A stretch of DNA of 64,000 bases from a virus (IMGVR_UViG_3300033076_000375:64001-128000), one strand, 5' to 3'; positions 45,418 through 56,091 are shown, numbered from the stretch's first letter. Notes: generated by a model not told the origin, from the sequence alone. Program-made: numbers and translations.

Positions 45418-48258
45418 ATGTCAAGCCAATTAAATATATACAATTTCCCAGATGCGTATTCAACGTTAGTTAGTGGATATACTGGGACAGTAAAATATAT
45501 ATCAAGTACAGGTAGCAATTCAAACAACGGAGATGCAGCCACTACTCCGTACTTAACGGTGGATTATGCGTATTCACAAACATCTGCTGTATCAAGAGTA
45601 ATGTTTGTGATACTTGAAGGCACGTATACCATGACAGCCGTTTCTAATGGCAACTCAGTCGCACTACAAGATGGTGGGAATGAACGAGTTTTTGTTGGAT
45701 GTCCAGGTAGAACTATAATTCAATGGACTGCTTCTACCGCTGATAGAGATTCTCCTATGGTGCAGTTCACTAATGCCGCTAGTGCTATGTACGGTATTAT
45801 TGCGAAACGTAACAACAACAGTCGTACAACAAGTTACATGACTGCTTTCTTTAAGGCGGTTGCTAAGGGTAATTTATATAATTGCGTTTTTACTGAAACA
45901 AACTCAGGAAATCTATGGAGTTATCAATACGATAACTATGGGCAAAACAATATTACTATTAGAAATTGTACTTTTTATAACGCCGCAGCTCCCGTCGGTA
46001 ACTATTCTAATGCAGGTACCTGTGCAACAATCGATACAGTTTTCAACACTACTTGTACGACTGGCGGCACTGAAACAAACGTATTAAAGTCGCAAACAGT
46101 TAACAGTACAACATACGTAACAACTGGAGTAACTACTGCTGGTGTATATTCTGGTACATACGCATGGAACGGTGCGATGACAGTACCCATATCAACTGCT
46201 GTAGTTTCTGCTACGACAGGTTCCCCCACGACATCGATATTTAGTGATGGTACAACATCATACAAATACTATGCATTTACTACCAGTGGATCAATTACAT
46301 TTAGCACCGGCGGAGCTGTAGATATTTTAACAGTTGCTGGTGGCGGCGGTGGTGGCGGCGGAACATTAGGTGGCGGGGGCGGCGCGGGTGGCTTACTAGT
46401 TACTTCAACTACTGTGTCTGGTGGCACAGCTACTAATTTAACCGCTGATGCTGCTTATAACAGTCAAGGTTGGGTCACTGCAAGTACAGATTATACCGGT
46501 ACGACTAGAGCATATTCGTTTAGTGCTACACTTCAAGCATCATCAGGCGGCGCAAGAACAATAGCTTTACCTGAAATAGATACTTACTTTGAAGTATTAG
46601 TTTCTGCAGGTAATATGGAGCCTTTATGTGGTTTAGCTAGAGATTCTAGTACAGGTGGATATAATAATGTACCTTGCCTCTATTTGTTTAGCGGGGCAGG
46701 ATATGGTGGGGTGACTGGTGGAACTACCCTTGGCGCATTCGTGGCAGGAGATGTCCTGCAAGTTGCATATAAGGCTTCTACAAATAAAGTTTACTTTGGT
46801 AAAAATAATACCTGGTATACTAGTCCAACTGCTACTGCAGGTTTCTCTATTCCCGGCACAGGCTCACTTAGATTTATTATGATGGCAGGATCATCTGCTG
46901 GATCAACATCGTCAGGTACATTTAGAAATTCTGCTCAAAACTCTTATGCTGCGCCGAGTGGTTACAGTGTATTCAGTTCACCGACATATACTATCACTGT
47001 CGGTGCTGGCGGCGCATCTACTACTAACGTTGGTAACAATGGTAGCAACACTGTGGTATCCGGTACTGGTGTCAGCATCGCCGCAGTTGGTGGTGGTGCT
47101 GGCGGCACGTATGGCACAACCAGCACTATCGGTCAAAACGGTGGCTCTGGAGGCGGTGGCACGTACTATCCGACCACTACAGCCGGCGTGGGTGTTTACC
47201 CAGGATCAACATATTTAAGTCAGACTCGTCAGGGCTACAACGGTGGCGTTGGTAGAAACTTCTCAGTTGGTGCTGGTACTGGTGGAGGTGGCGGTGCTGG
47301 TGCTGCGGGTGCCGATGCTGGTGCAAATGATCCAGGACCATCCGGCGCTGGTGGTGTTGGACTCAGACTTAATTATAATGGGTCAAATGTGTACTACGCC
47401 GGCGGCGGGGGTGGCGGTGGATACGGTGCTGGCGGAGATATCGGCGGAGCAGGCGGTCTCGGTGGTGGTGCTGGTGGAGCCGGTGTTGTTCTGGGAACAA
47501 GCGACACTACTAGGGGTGCAGTTGCACCTACATCAGGCGTCGGTGGTGCTGCTGGTGTTAACACCGGCGGCGGGGGTGGCGGTGCAGCAGGCACCGGCGG
47601 CGCAGGCGGTTCTGGTATTGTTATTATTAGATATACAGTACAACCTGCAGGACTATATGCCAGTGCAAACACCGCGGTCGGTGGCTCTAATCTAACGTTT
47701 ACTCTATATTCTGCAAACACTGGTAATATTCCATATACAATTACTGGGATTACATCTGATGTAATCAATAATGCGTCCCTTACTGGAAACTTTGTTATGT
47801 CATCTGGATCGGGAACAGCAACATTTACAGTTAAACCGTTGTTAACATCGACATACACAATGAATATGTCCGCAGACGGGTCAAACATAAACGTTGCGTT
47901 ATCTCCTAACGTATCTATTACGACTGCAATTAACGGTATAGGGTATTCTGCTAATACTGCTTACTTAGCAAGCCCAATCACAGGACAGATGAACATCCCA
48001 AAAACCGGATTAACTGTCACTGACTTCTCATTATCTGCTAAATCTAATGGGATTGAGGGGCAAATGAATATTCCAGATATGGTTACTACTGTTACCGATA
48101 TAACATTAGGTACAAAATCATTGCTTCCTGTATTTGGAAATTTACAGTCTAATACAATTCTACCGTATACTACTATCACTACAACTACGGCTGGTCCTAT
48201 CGACCAGGGTATTATTAAATTATTCGGTGAGAGTCCAAATCGAGAGTACTGGATATAA
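45418..48258 (+). CDS. Multidomain putative adhesin: beta-helix-like N-terminus, Gly-rich domain with an inserted SPRY-like domain, and a C-terminal extension
   Basis: Contains YISSTGSNSNNG...PY.TV, NCVF/NCTF, AGGGGGG...GGSGIVIIRY and YFEV...GDV..V.......VYFGKN.W...PSGY. Confidence 0.65.
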   Translation: MSSQLNIYNFPDAYSTLVSGYTGTVKYISSTGSNSNNGDAATTPYLTVDYAYSQTSAVSRVMFVILEGTYTMTAVSNGNSVALQDGGNERVFVGCPGRTIIQWTASTADRDSPMVQFTNAASAMYGIIAKRNNNSRTTSYMTAFFKAVAKGNLYNCVFTETNSGNLWSYQYDNYGQNNITIRNCTFYNAAAPVGNYSNAGTCATIDTVFNTTCTTGGTETNVLKSQTVNSTTYVTTGVTTAGVYSGTYAWNGAMTVPISTAVVSATTGSPTTSIFSDGTTSYKYYAFTTSGSITFSTGGAVDILTVAGGGGGGGGTLGGGGGAGGLLVTSTTVSGGTATNLTADAAYNSQGWVTASTDYTGTTRAYSFSATLQASSGGARTIALPEIDTYFEVLVSAGNMEPLCGLARDSSTGGYNNVPCLYLFSGAGYGGVTGGTTLGAFVAGDVLQVAYKASTNKVYFGKNNTWYTSPTATAGFSIPGTGSLRFIMMAGSSAGSTSSGTFRNSAQNSYAAPSGYSVFSSPTYTITVGAGGASTTNVGNNGSNTVVSGTGVSIAAVGGGAGGTYGTTSTIGQNGGSGGGGTYYPTTTAGVGVYPGSTYLSQTRQGYNGGVGRNFSVGAGTGGGGGAGAAGADAGANDPGPSGAGGVGLRLNYNGSNVYYAGGGGGGGYGAGGDIGGAGGLGGGAGGAGVVLGTSDTTRGAVAPTSGVGGAAGVNTGGGGGGAAGTGGAGGSGIVIIRYTVQPAGLYASANTAVGGSNLTFTLYSANTGNIPYTITGITSDVINNASLTGNFVMSSGSGTATFTVKPLLTSTYTMNMSADGSNINVALSPNVSITTAINGIGYSANTAYLASPITGQMNIPKTGLTVTDFSLSAKSNGIEGQMNIPDMVTTVTDITLGTKSLLPVFGNLQSNTILPYTTITTTTAGPIDQGIIKLFGESPNREYWI

Positions 48259-48264
48259 TCCTTG

Positions 48265-48272
48265 ACTAAATA
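48265..48272 (+). promoter_or_regulatory. Late promoter ACTAAATA
   Basis: Intergenic, upstream of ORF 48291. Confidence 0.6.
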
Positions 48273-48290
48273 GTATATAAGGGTTATAAA

Positions 48291-51200
48291 ATGGCATCAC
48301 CAATCACAGTAATCAAATCACGCGGTATAGACACTACCGGTGATTATGTCGTTAATAGTATATCAAGTACCGGCAATGTATCTGCTGGAAATATCAAATC
48401 TGACCATTTGCTATATGCAAACGGTACACCCTACGCATTCACATCAAATGCAGCCGGAACAAATACGCAAGTTCAGTTCAATGATGCAAACAACTTTGCA
48501 GGGTCTGCAAATCTAACATTCAATAAAACTACAGGTACATTAACTGCTAATTTCTTTGTTGGTGATGGTTCACAACTAACCGGCTTACCTGCGAGCTACA
48601 CTGATACAAATGCAAACAGTGCCATTGACGCACGTGTAACTAAGTCATTTATTGACAACTTGAACGTAGATGCTGATACGTTAGATGGGTTATCTTCTTT
48701 AGATTTTGCAACTGCTGCACAAGGTACAAAAGCAGACACTGCACTTCAAGCAGCAGACTTATCTGGGTATGCCACTGAATCATATGTAGGTAATGCGGTT
48801 GCTAATTTAGTTAACTCTGCACCTGCTTTATTAGATACATTAGGTGAACTAGCAAACGCAATCGGTAATGACGCTAGTTTCACCACAACAATTACCAATC
48901 AATTGGCAAACAAAGCAGATACCGCAGATTTATCGACTGTGGCGTTGACTGGTAACTATGCTGACTTGAATAATAAGCCAACACTGTTTGATGGTACGTA
49001 TGCTAACCTAACCGGTAAGCCTTCGTTATTTGATGGTGAATATGCATCATTGGCAAACAAGCCAACATTGTTCAGTGGATCATACTTAGATTTAACAAAT
49101 ACCCCAACGCTATTTGATGGCACTTACGCAAACTTAACAGGTAAACCTTCGTTTGCTACCGTAGCAACAAGTGGTAGTTATACTGATTTGATTGACAAGC
49201 CTTCGTTATTCGATGGTGAATATGCATCATTGGCAAATAAGCCAGCGCTATTTGATGGCACTTATGCAAACTTAACAGGTCTGCCGACTTTATTCGACGG
49301 TGAATATTCTTCTCTTGCAAATAAGCCAAGTTTGTTTGATGGAACATATGCTAACTTAACTGGCAAGCCAACACTAGGCACTGCGGCAGCAACTGACGCT
49401 AATGCATACGCAACAGCGGCACAAGGTACAAAGGCTGATACTGCATTGCAATCAGCAGACTTAGCAGGTTATGCAACTGAGACTTATGTTACAAATGCTA
49501 TTGCAAATATACCTAATCCTGCATCAGTAACAGTTAGTTCAACTGCACCTGCATCGCCCATTGAGGGTGATTTGTGGTTAGATAGTGATACAGGTGAGAT
49601 GAGCATTTACTTTGGTAATGCTTGGGTGGCACCGACAACATCTGTATCAACTGCGTTGACAGTAACAGCCAATGCTCAACCAAACATCACATCAGTTGGA
49701 ACTCTAACTGGCTTAACTGTCGATGGTAATGTTACTGCTAACTATTTCATTGGTAATGGTTCTCAGTTGACTGGCATGTATTCTAATACAAATGCAAATG
49801 CAGCAATCGATGCGAGAGTAACAAAATCATTTGTAGACAACTTATCAGTAGTCGCCAACGTTGCCAATGTTGCGTACTCAGTATCAGGGTCAAATGTATC
49901 TGGACAAGTATCAAATGCACTAGTGGCAGGTACTGTTTACACAAACGCCCAGCCAAACATTACATCAGTTGGTACTCTAACTGGATTAACTGTAACAGGC
50001 TTATTGACTGCTACTGGCACCGGAGTCAAAACAGCAAACATTGTTGATACTTCTGGTACTATCGCTATCAGCACTAGATATAATAATGTGCCTGGTGCGA
50101 TTGGCATAGCTAATGACTTGACTGCACCTGGAAACATAACCGCTAATTATTTCATCGGTGATGGTTCACAATTAACCGGATTACCAGTAAGCTACACAGA
50201 TACAAATGCAAATGCAGCCATTGATGCTCGTGTAACTAAGACATTTGTTGATAACTTGGGTGTAAATGCTAGTACATTGAATGGGCACTCAGATACGTAT
50301 TTTGCTACAAGCACTCAAGGTAGTTTAGCTGATTCAGCAGTTCAACCCGGAGACTTAGCTACAGTCGCTACTAGTGGCTCTTATAATGATTTGTTGAATA
50401 CACCAACACTATTTGATGGCACTTATGCTAACTTAACTGGTAAACCCACACTATTCGATGGTGAGTATGCGTCATTGGCAAATAAGCCAGCACTATTTGA
50501 TGGCACTTATGCTAACTTAACCGGTAAACCCACACTAGGTACAGCAGCCGCTACTAATGCTAATGCATATGCAACTGCGGCACAGGGGTTATTAGCTGAC
50601 TCTGCAATTCAGTCTGGTGCAAACATTAGCGTCTTTACAAACGATAGCGGATATTTAGTTGCGGCTAACTTATCTGGGTATGCAACTGAAACGTATGTAG
50701 GTACCCAAATCAGTAACTTAGTTGATGCAGCACCAGCCACACTAAACACACTAAACGAATTAGCTGCCGCATTGGGAGATGATGCTAATTTTGCAACTAC
50801 TATTGCTAACTCAATTGGTAATAAGTTATCAACATCAGATTTTACAACTACGGCTGATACTTGGTTGGGTACAAAATCAACTACTGATTTAGCTGAAGGC
50901 ACTAACTTATATTATACTACAACTAGAGCAAACAGTGCCATTGATGCACGTGTAACCAAGACGTTCGTTGACAACTTATCAGTAGTTGCAAACGTTGCCA
51001 ACGTTGCTTATTCAGTAGCAGTTGCTAATGTATCAGGCATCGGTAACATTGCTACATTAAACTTAAACGGTAATGCAAGTACTATACTATATGGTAATGG
51101 AACCTTTGCTGCTGCACCAGTAACATATAACGATTCAAATGTTGCTACATACTTACCAAATTATACAGGTAACTTAACTCCTGGTAACATCATCATTAGC

Positions 51201-52508
51201 TCAGATAATTTAAAATTATCAGGTGGCACTGCAAACTATGTGTTGTCAACTGATGGGACTGGAAACTTATCTTGGGTTCAACAAGCCGCAGGTGGAACAT
51301 CAGAGTATACAGTAACGTCAGTAGATGCTTTTACTGGTAACGGGATCGATACTGTATTCACATTAAGTGTTGCTCCCCAGAATATTAATCAAACATTCAT
51401 CAACTATAATGGTGCCTTGCAGTTGCGTAGTTCATACACATTGTCTGGTCAAGATATTACATTTAGTGAAGCTCCTGCAAACGGGTCAGTAATTGAAATT
51501 ACTACACAAATGGGTGTAACATCTGGCTCTGGTAGTTTGACTGTTAGAAATTACACAGCGACCGGATCGCAAACCGATTTTGCAGTATCTGCTGGCGTTA
51601 ACGCTACGAATATACTAGTTACTGAAAACGGATTACTACAAACTCCTGCAGTCGATTATACTGTCACTGGCTCAACATTAACATTCACTACTGCTCCGGG
51701 TAACGGAGTAAAAGTTCAAATTCGTGAATTGGGTGTTGCAGTAGCAACTATCACACCCGCGGGTGCAAACACACAGGTATTGTTCAATGATGCAGGATCG
51801 TTTGGTAATAGTTCAAATTTTACTTTTAACAAAACTACTAACACGTTATCCGTGTCTAATTTATCTGTTACAGGTAACATTATTCCCACAGCTAACGTAA
51901 CGTATGATTTGGGTACCCCCACAAATAGATTCAAAGACTTATATCTATCAGGTACTACTATTGATTTGGGTGGTGCAACGATGACAACTGATGCAACAAC
52001 TGGTACGATTGCACTAGTTGCAGCCCCTTCAGTAACAAATCCAAATCCAACGGCGTTGGTAATTACTTCTTCGGGTGCGACATTGGCTGCAAATACAACC
52101 GGTGGAAATATTAACTTTGCTGAAGTTGCAAACACACTCGCTAACACAACTGGGTTTAGTGGAAGCTATAATGATTTGACCAATAAACCTAGTAAGTTTA
52201 TTACAATAGCTCAACCCGGTAATATTACAACTCCGTTCGCCGGGGTTTCACGATGCTATCCAACTACAAATATCGTCATCACAAATGTTTATGCTAGTCT
52301 AGGAACGCCTGCGAGTGACTCCTTTAGCTTTGAATTGTTGAAGAATAATACTAGTGTAGGTACATATAGCTTCAGTTCTGGTAGTTACAGAATGACTACT
52401 ACTAGCGCCAACATTTCAGTTACGACTAGTGACTATTTGACACTAAATGTAACCGCAGGCACAGGTGCGACTGACTTGAAAGTTGATTTTGAATACATGT
52501 CGCAGTGA
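48291..52508 (+). CDS. Long fibre protein (1405 aa) with 14-aa tandem repeats
   Basis: LFDGxYAxLxxKP repeats, AP..LNTL.ELA.ALG.D.NF fibre motifs, two FTG.G/YTATG modules and a C-terminal beta-sandwich. Confidence 0.75.
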   Translation: MASPITVIKSRGIDTTGDYVVNSISSTGNVSAGNIKSDHLLYANGTPYAFTSNAAGTNTQVQFNDANNFAGSANLTFNKTTGTLTANFFVGDGSQLTGLPASYTDTNANSAIDARVTKSFIDNLNVDADTLDGLSSLDFATAAQGTKADTALQAADLSGYATESYVGNAVANLVNSAPALLDTLGELANAIGNDASFTTTITNQLANKADTADLSTVALTGNYADLNNKPTLFDGTYANLTGKPSLFDGEYASLANKPTLFSGSYLDLTNTPTLFDGTYANLTGKPSFATVATSGSYTDLIDKPSLFDGEYASLANKPALFDGTYANLTGLPTLFDGEYSSLANKPSLFDGTYANLTGKPTLGTAAATDANAYATAAQGTKADTALQSADLAGYATETYVTNAIANIPNPASVTVSSTAPASPIEGDLWLDSDTGEMSIYFGNAWVAPTTSVSTALTVTANAQPNITSVGTLTGLTVDGNVTANYFIGNGSQLTGMYSNTNANAAIDARVTKSFVDNLSVVANVANVAYSVSGSNVSGQVSNALVAGTVYTNAQPNITSVGTLTGLTVTGLLTATGTGVKTANIVDTSGTIAISTRYNNVPGAIGIANDLTAPGNITANYFIGDGSQLTGLPVSYTDTNANAAIDARVTKTFVDNLGVNASTLNGHSDTYFATSTQGSLADSAVQPGDLATVATSGSYNDLLNTPTLFDGTYANLTGKPTLFDGEYASLANKPALFDGTYANLTGKPTLGTAAATNANAYATAAQGLLADSAIQSGANISVFTNDSGYLVAANLSGYATETYVGTQISNLVDAAPATLNTLNELAAALGDDANFATTIANSIGNKLSTSDFTTTADTWLGTKSTTDLAEGTNLYYTTTRANSAIDARVTKTFVDNLSVVANVANVAYSVAVANVSGIGNIATLNLNGNASTILYGNGTFAAAPVTYNDSNVATYLPNYTGNLTPGNIIISSDNLKLSGGTANYVLSTDGTGNLSWVQQAAGGTSEYTVTSVDAFTGNGIDTVFTLSVAPQNINQTFINYNGALQLRSSYTLSGQDITFSEAPANGSVIEITTQMGVTSGSGSLTVRNYTATGSQTDFAVSAGVNATNILVTENGLLQTPAVDYTVTGSTLTFTTAPGNGVKVQIRELGVAVATITPAGANTQVLFNDAGSFGNSSNFTFNKTTNTLSVSNLSVTGNIIPTANVTYDLGTPTNRFKDLYLSGTTIDLGGATMTTDATTGTIALVAAPSVTNPNPTALVITSSGATLAANTTGGNINFAEVANTLANTTGFSGSYNDLTNKPSKFITIAQPGNITTPFAGVSRCYPTTNIVITNVYASLGTPASDSFSFELLKNNTSVGTYSFSSGSYRMTTTSANISVTTSDYLTLNVTAGTGATDLKVDFEYMSQ
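48950..49375 (+). repeat. Coding tandem repeat with a ~42-nt unit (LFDG[T/E]YA[N/S]L[T/A][G/N]KP[S/T/A]), about 10 copies
   Basis: Visible in both DNA and protein. Shorter arrays occur at about 50375-50535 and 60003-60080. Confidence 0.85.
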
Positions 52509-52514
52509 TAAATA
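52507..52514 (+). promoter_or_regulatory. Late promoter GATAAATA
   Basis: Overlaps the TGA of ORF 48291, upstream of ORF 52533. Confidence 0.55.
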
Positions 52515-52532
52515 TTATATAAAAAGAAACAC

Positions 52533-52829
52533 ATGAAACCGGAACTATTACAACAACTATTTGGTATAGAAACTGCAAAAGTTTATATTTTCGACGGATC
52601 TATCCCGGACGATTCTATTTTCACCTCATACGTGACCGAAGAGTTTGCTAAAGCCGCAGGTACAAACCTAATAAATTGTATTGTTTCTTCTGTTCAGGGG
52701 ATTACTGTAGTCTATACACAGGATAATATTCAGGTAGAAGAAGGACAATTTAGATTGTATATTGATTTACCGTTACCAGAGCCTCTAGAAGTTCCTGAAG
52801 AAGTAGTAGAACCCCAAGGACCTCAATAA
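52533..52829 (+). CDS. Small acidic hypothetical protein (positional equivalent of ORF 42281)
   Basis: 98 aa with an acidic, Pro-rich C-terminus. Follows the same C-terminal domain type as ORF 42281 does. Confidence 0.6.
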   Translation: MKPELLQQLFGIETAKVYIFDGSIPDDSIFTSYVTEEFAKAAGTNLINCIVSSVQGITVVYTQDNIQVEEGQFRLYIDLPLPEPLEVPEEVVEPQGPQ

Positions 52830-52830
52830 T

Positions 52831-53649
52831 ATGTTAATTAAATATAGAATGTTACCCGGCATAACTGTCGCTCAGTTCACGGCTGATATAGTTGGTCTCA
52901 TCGATGGCTCAATTACTGCAACCAGCGGGTTAAGTGCCGGTGCTGACAAAACAAATTCAGTAATCTCAGGCACATACCCTGCAGGTACGTATACTAAAGT
53001 AGGTGCAAGTACAAACACGTTCAGTAAAGTACACAGTATAGACAATACGTATACTCACTATTTCAGAATGACCTTTGACAGCACTAAAATGACTACATTT
53101 AGTGTGGCACAATCTTACACATCAGGCACAGATACATTAGTTAATAGTGTAGCTTATACAGTTAACGTTACACCAAATCCATATCTATCGGCTGCACAAA
53201 TACCGTCAGGTTTAAATATTGTTATTACTAGCAAGAACGTATGGATTTCAAGCATCACTAGTGGTATATCATTTGGATTGTTTGATTTAGGTGCGAATGG
53301 TATTACGTCAACATACACTAATAATATGAAAATGGCATACATTAACACAACCACTGCTACATATGGTATTCCATATGCGTATTCATTGTTGGGAAGTTCG
53401 AGTGCATACACCGCAATTACTGGTAACTTGACTGACATTACAGCGCCTACCCTAGTGTCAAACATTTCTGGAACAGCAATGATTATCGAGAACCCTACAT
53501 TTGTGTCTAACATAAATCAAGGGTATGCGGGCTATGGCGTATATAATTTGTTCAAGTTAAGCAATACAACGATAGCACCGGATAGTATATACAATACTTC
53601 AGGTGTTTCTAGAATCACAGCGGTAAATTACGCAGTAGTAACGGAGTAA
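52831..53649 (+). CDS. Virion structural protein, hypothetical
   Basis: 272 aa, Ser/Thr-rich. The N-terminus MLIKY is reminiscent of ORFs 42562 and 43809. Confidence 0.6.
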   Translation: MLIKYRMLPGITVAQFTADIVGLIDGSITATSGLSAGADKTNSVISGTYPAGTYTKVGASTNTFSKVHSIDNTYTHYFRMTFDSTKMTTFSVAQSYTSGTDTLVNSVAYTVNVTPNPYLSAAQIPSGLNIVITSKNVWISSITSGISFGLFDLGANGITSTYTNNMKMAYINTTTATYGIPYAYSLLGSSSAYTAITGNLTDITAPTLVSNISGTAMIIENPTFVSNINQGYAGYGVYNLFKLSNTTIAPDSIYNTSGVSRITAVNYAVVTE

Positions 53650-53652
53650 ACA

Positions 53653-54879
53653 ATGTTAGTATCAATCAACCCATCAGTAGGAGGTGTCAGTACTGACGCT
53701 CAAACTAGATTTTTTAATTTCATGTGCGCCTTGCATTCAGTTGCAACGTGTGCAGCCGGAGGGACTCCCACCGCGGTGAATCCAACGAATACAAGCGGGA
53801 CAAAAAATACAAGTTATAATTGTATTACTGTTCTTAGTAATACAGAAGCAGGTGGATGGACTGCTGGTACAAGTAACAACGTTACAGCAGCCACAGCATA
53901 TAATGCTTCTGCCGCAAGTTTAGTAGTTGACTTATATTCATCATCAGGTAAATCTTCGGTACCATACCTAAGACAAACATTTGGTAATTTTTCTTATGCT
54001 TTTAGTAGCGGATCTTTTACCTCATATCCTCAATTACAATGGTATCAAGGTCATACATCAAATAATCCAGCAAGTACTGTGTATTCTAGTGACACTAACT
54101 TTTATAATGGAACTACATCTGTTGTTCGCCCCACTGGTTCTTGGACGAGTGACCCGAATCAATATCCTATAACTGTATCAAACAACGGTGATACTATATA
54201 TCTTGCTGTAACTGCAAACTATCTAATTATTGTAACACCTAAGGGCATGTGTTATTTTGGCTTGCGTACTCAAGCCGGATGGGAAACAGCACGTACTGAT
54301 AATCCACCTTGGTGTGCATTTTGTTTTAATGAAGGTAATGTTGGTTTTATGGCGACAAACTCTCCCCATACTGACTACATTTATGCGTGGATGGCAGGTA
54401 TTAACCAGGCAGGTACTCAGTTAGCTCCTGCTAAACGCGGCAGCGTTAATGATTACGCTTACTCAGCCCATTCGGTTACTGGTCAAGGTATTAATGGCGG
54501 TAATTTGAATGAATGGAATAACACTTCGACAACTATCCGACCTTTATTTCAATTAGCGTATCCAGCAGGAAGTTACGGTGCAAGTATTAACAGCGGATAC
54601 AATTGGTCACCCGACGCACCTATAACAGATCCTGTAACAGGATTAACAGTTCCTCCTGCTTGGCCAATCATATATTCTTATGCTGCAGGATCCAGTGCTG
54701 CCGCTACATATACATGCTCTGGTCAAATACCAGGCATCCTTAAGGGTATGTCACATTTTTCTGCCGGTCTTACTTACTTTGCAAACGCCACTGAATATGT
54801 AATCAGTGGTACTAGTTATGTTCCGGTTTTAACTGGTGGCACAACATACCCTGACTTGTTCTTACTAAGAAAAGCATAA
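53653..54879 (+). CDS. Virion structural protein, hypothetical
   Basis: 408 aa, Ser/Thr/Gly/Tyr-rich, tightly packed in the operon. Confidence 0.6.
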   Translation: MLVSINPSVGGVSTDAQTRFFNFMCALHSVATCAAGGTPTAVNPTNTSGTKNTSYNCITVLSNTEAGGWTAGTSNNVTAATAYNASAASLVVDLYSSSGKSSVPYLRQTFGNFSYAFSSGSFTSYPQLQWYQGHTSNNPASTVYSSDTNFYNGTTSVVRPTGSWTSDPNQYPITVSNNGDTIYLAVTANYLIIVTPKGMCYFGLRTQAGWETARTDNPPWCAFCFNEGNVGFMATNSPHTDYIYAWMAGINQAGTQLAPAKRGSVNDYAYSAHSVTGQGINGGNLNEWNNTSTTIRPLFQLAYPAGSYGASINSGYNWSPDAPITDPVTGLTVPPAWPIIYSYAAGSSAAATYTCSGQIPGILKGMSHFSAGLTYFANATEYVISGTSYVPVLTGGTTYPDLFLLRKA

Positions 54880-54882
54880 GAT

Positions 54883-55137
54883 ATGGCAATTGCAAACACA
54901 ACAGTATTCGGTGGATTTGTTTCTTCTACAGTAGTGGGAATTAGTCCAACGTCCACTCAACTGGTAAGTTTGCAGTCAGCTAATATATTACAGTCAACTA
55001 TTAATGGTCAAACGCTCGGAGGCGTGTACATACCAGGAGTTACTGGAACTAATAGACTAAGCACATTTATCAAAACAGCCGAAGATCCTGTTACAAGTGG
55101 GACAGCCGTGCCTACCCAAACATGGTATATGGCATAA
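54883..55137 (+). CDS. Small hypothetical structural protein
   Basis: 84 aa. SLQSANILQSTI and a terminal aromatic motif resemble the C-terminus of ORF 45418. Confidence 0.55.
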   Translation: MAIANTTVFGGFVSSTVVGISPTSTQLVSLQSANILQSTINGQTLGGVYIPGVTGTNRLSTFIKTAEDPVTSGTAVPTQTWYMA

Positions 55138-55155
55138 ATTTTTAAGGAGAAAGAA

Positions 55156-55515
55156 ATGTCACATTTCGCACAAATAGATGAAAACAACATCGTAACAAAT
55201 GTTATCGTAGCAGAGCAGGATTTTATTGATTCTGGCGCTGTTGGTGATCCATCTAAGTGGATCCAAACAAGTTATAACACTCAAGCAGGTGAGCATAAAT
55301 TAGGTGGAACACCATTACGCAAAAACTATGCAGGTATCGGATATACGTATGATAGTCAACGTGATGCGTTTATCCCACCGTGTCCATTCGCAAGTTGGGT
55401 ATTGAATGAAACTACATGTCAATATGAAGCACCTGTTCCAATGCCAGACGATGGAAAAATCTATGTTTGGAATGAAACAACAACTTCATGGGATGAAGTA
55501 ACACAACCTGTGTAA
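55156..55515 (+). CDS. Conserved phage protein, possible fibre assembly chaperone
   Basis: MSHFAQIDENNIV..VIV...W.QTSYN...RKNYAGIGYTYD..RDAFIPP.PF.SW.L.E..C...AP.P.P.DG..Y.W.E, with a strong AAGGAG RBS. Confidence 0.65.
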   Translation: MSHFAQIDENNIVTNVIVAEQDFIDSGAVGDPSKWIQTSYNTQAGEHKLGGTPLRKNYAGIGYTYDSQRDAFIPPCPFASWVLNETTCQYEAPVPMPDDGKIYVWNETTTSWDEVTQPV

Positions 55516-55521
55516 TAATAT

Positions 55522-55752
55522 ATGACCACTAAAGTTACAAATCTAAACATTGATACTACCACATTAACATCAGTTGGTACACTAACCAGCCTATCTGTTT
55601 CAGGTAATGTAACTTTAGGTACAGTTAGTAATGTTCACATTAATGGCGGAACTAATGGGCAGTATTTAACAACAGATGGCTCGGGAAATTTAAGTTTTGC
55701 AACTGTTACAGTTCCGGACCCACTAAGTCCATTCTTATTAATGGGCGCATAA
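55522..55752 (+). CDS. Minimal fibre shaft protein ending in PLSPFLLMGA
   Basis: One TSVGTL repeat and one TDGSGNLSF repeat. Confidence 0.65.
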   Translation: MTTKVTNLNIDTTTLTSVGTLTSLSVSGNVTLGTVSNVHINGGTNGQYLTTDGSGNLSFATVTVPDPLSPFLLMGA

Positions 55753-55761
55753 GGAATCAAC

Positions 55762-56091
55762 ATGGCAAACACTTATAAAGTATTGGGGCAATCAAACCCT
55801 CTAGCTACAACAAATACAACGTTATACACAGTTCCATCAGCGACCAGCTCGGTATGCTCTACTATTACTATTTGTAACCAAGCAGCTACTTCTGCAACAT
55901 TTAGAATTGCAGTAAGACCTGCAGGCGCAACACTAGAAGCAAAACACTATGTTGCGTATGATACAAGTATCCCTGCAAATGATGTATTAACAATGACAAT
56001 TGGTGTCACGTTAGCAACAACAGATGTTGTAACTGTATATGCAAGTACTGCAACGTTGAGTTTCAACTTATTTGGTTCAGAGATTACATAA
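55762..56091 (+). CDS. Small beta-sandwich adaptor (YKVLGQ family, copy 1)
   Basis: 109 aa, highly similar to ORF 57530. Confidence 0.7.
   Translation: MANTYKVLGQSNPLATTNTTLYTVPSATSSVCSTITICNQAATSATFRIAVRPAGATLEAKHYVAYDTSIPANDVLTMTIGVTLATTDVVTVYASTATLSFNLFGSEIT

Noticed and set aside
48950-49375. CRISPR-like periodic repeats
   Set aside because: The units are in-frame 42-nt coding repeats with wobble-position variation and no unique spacers.
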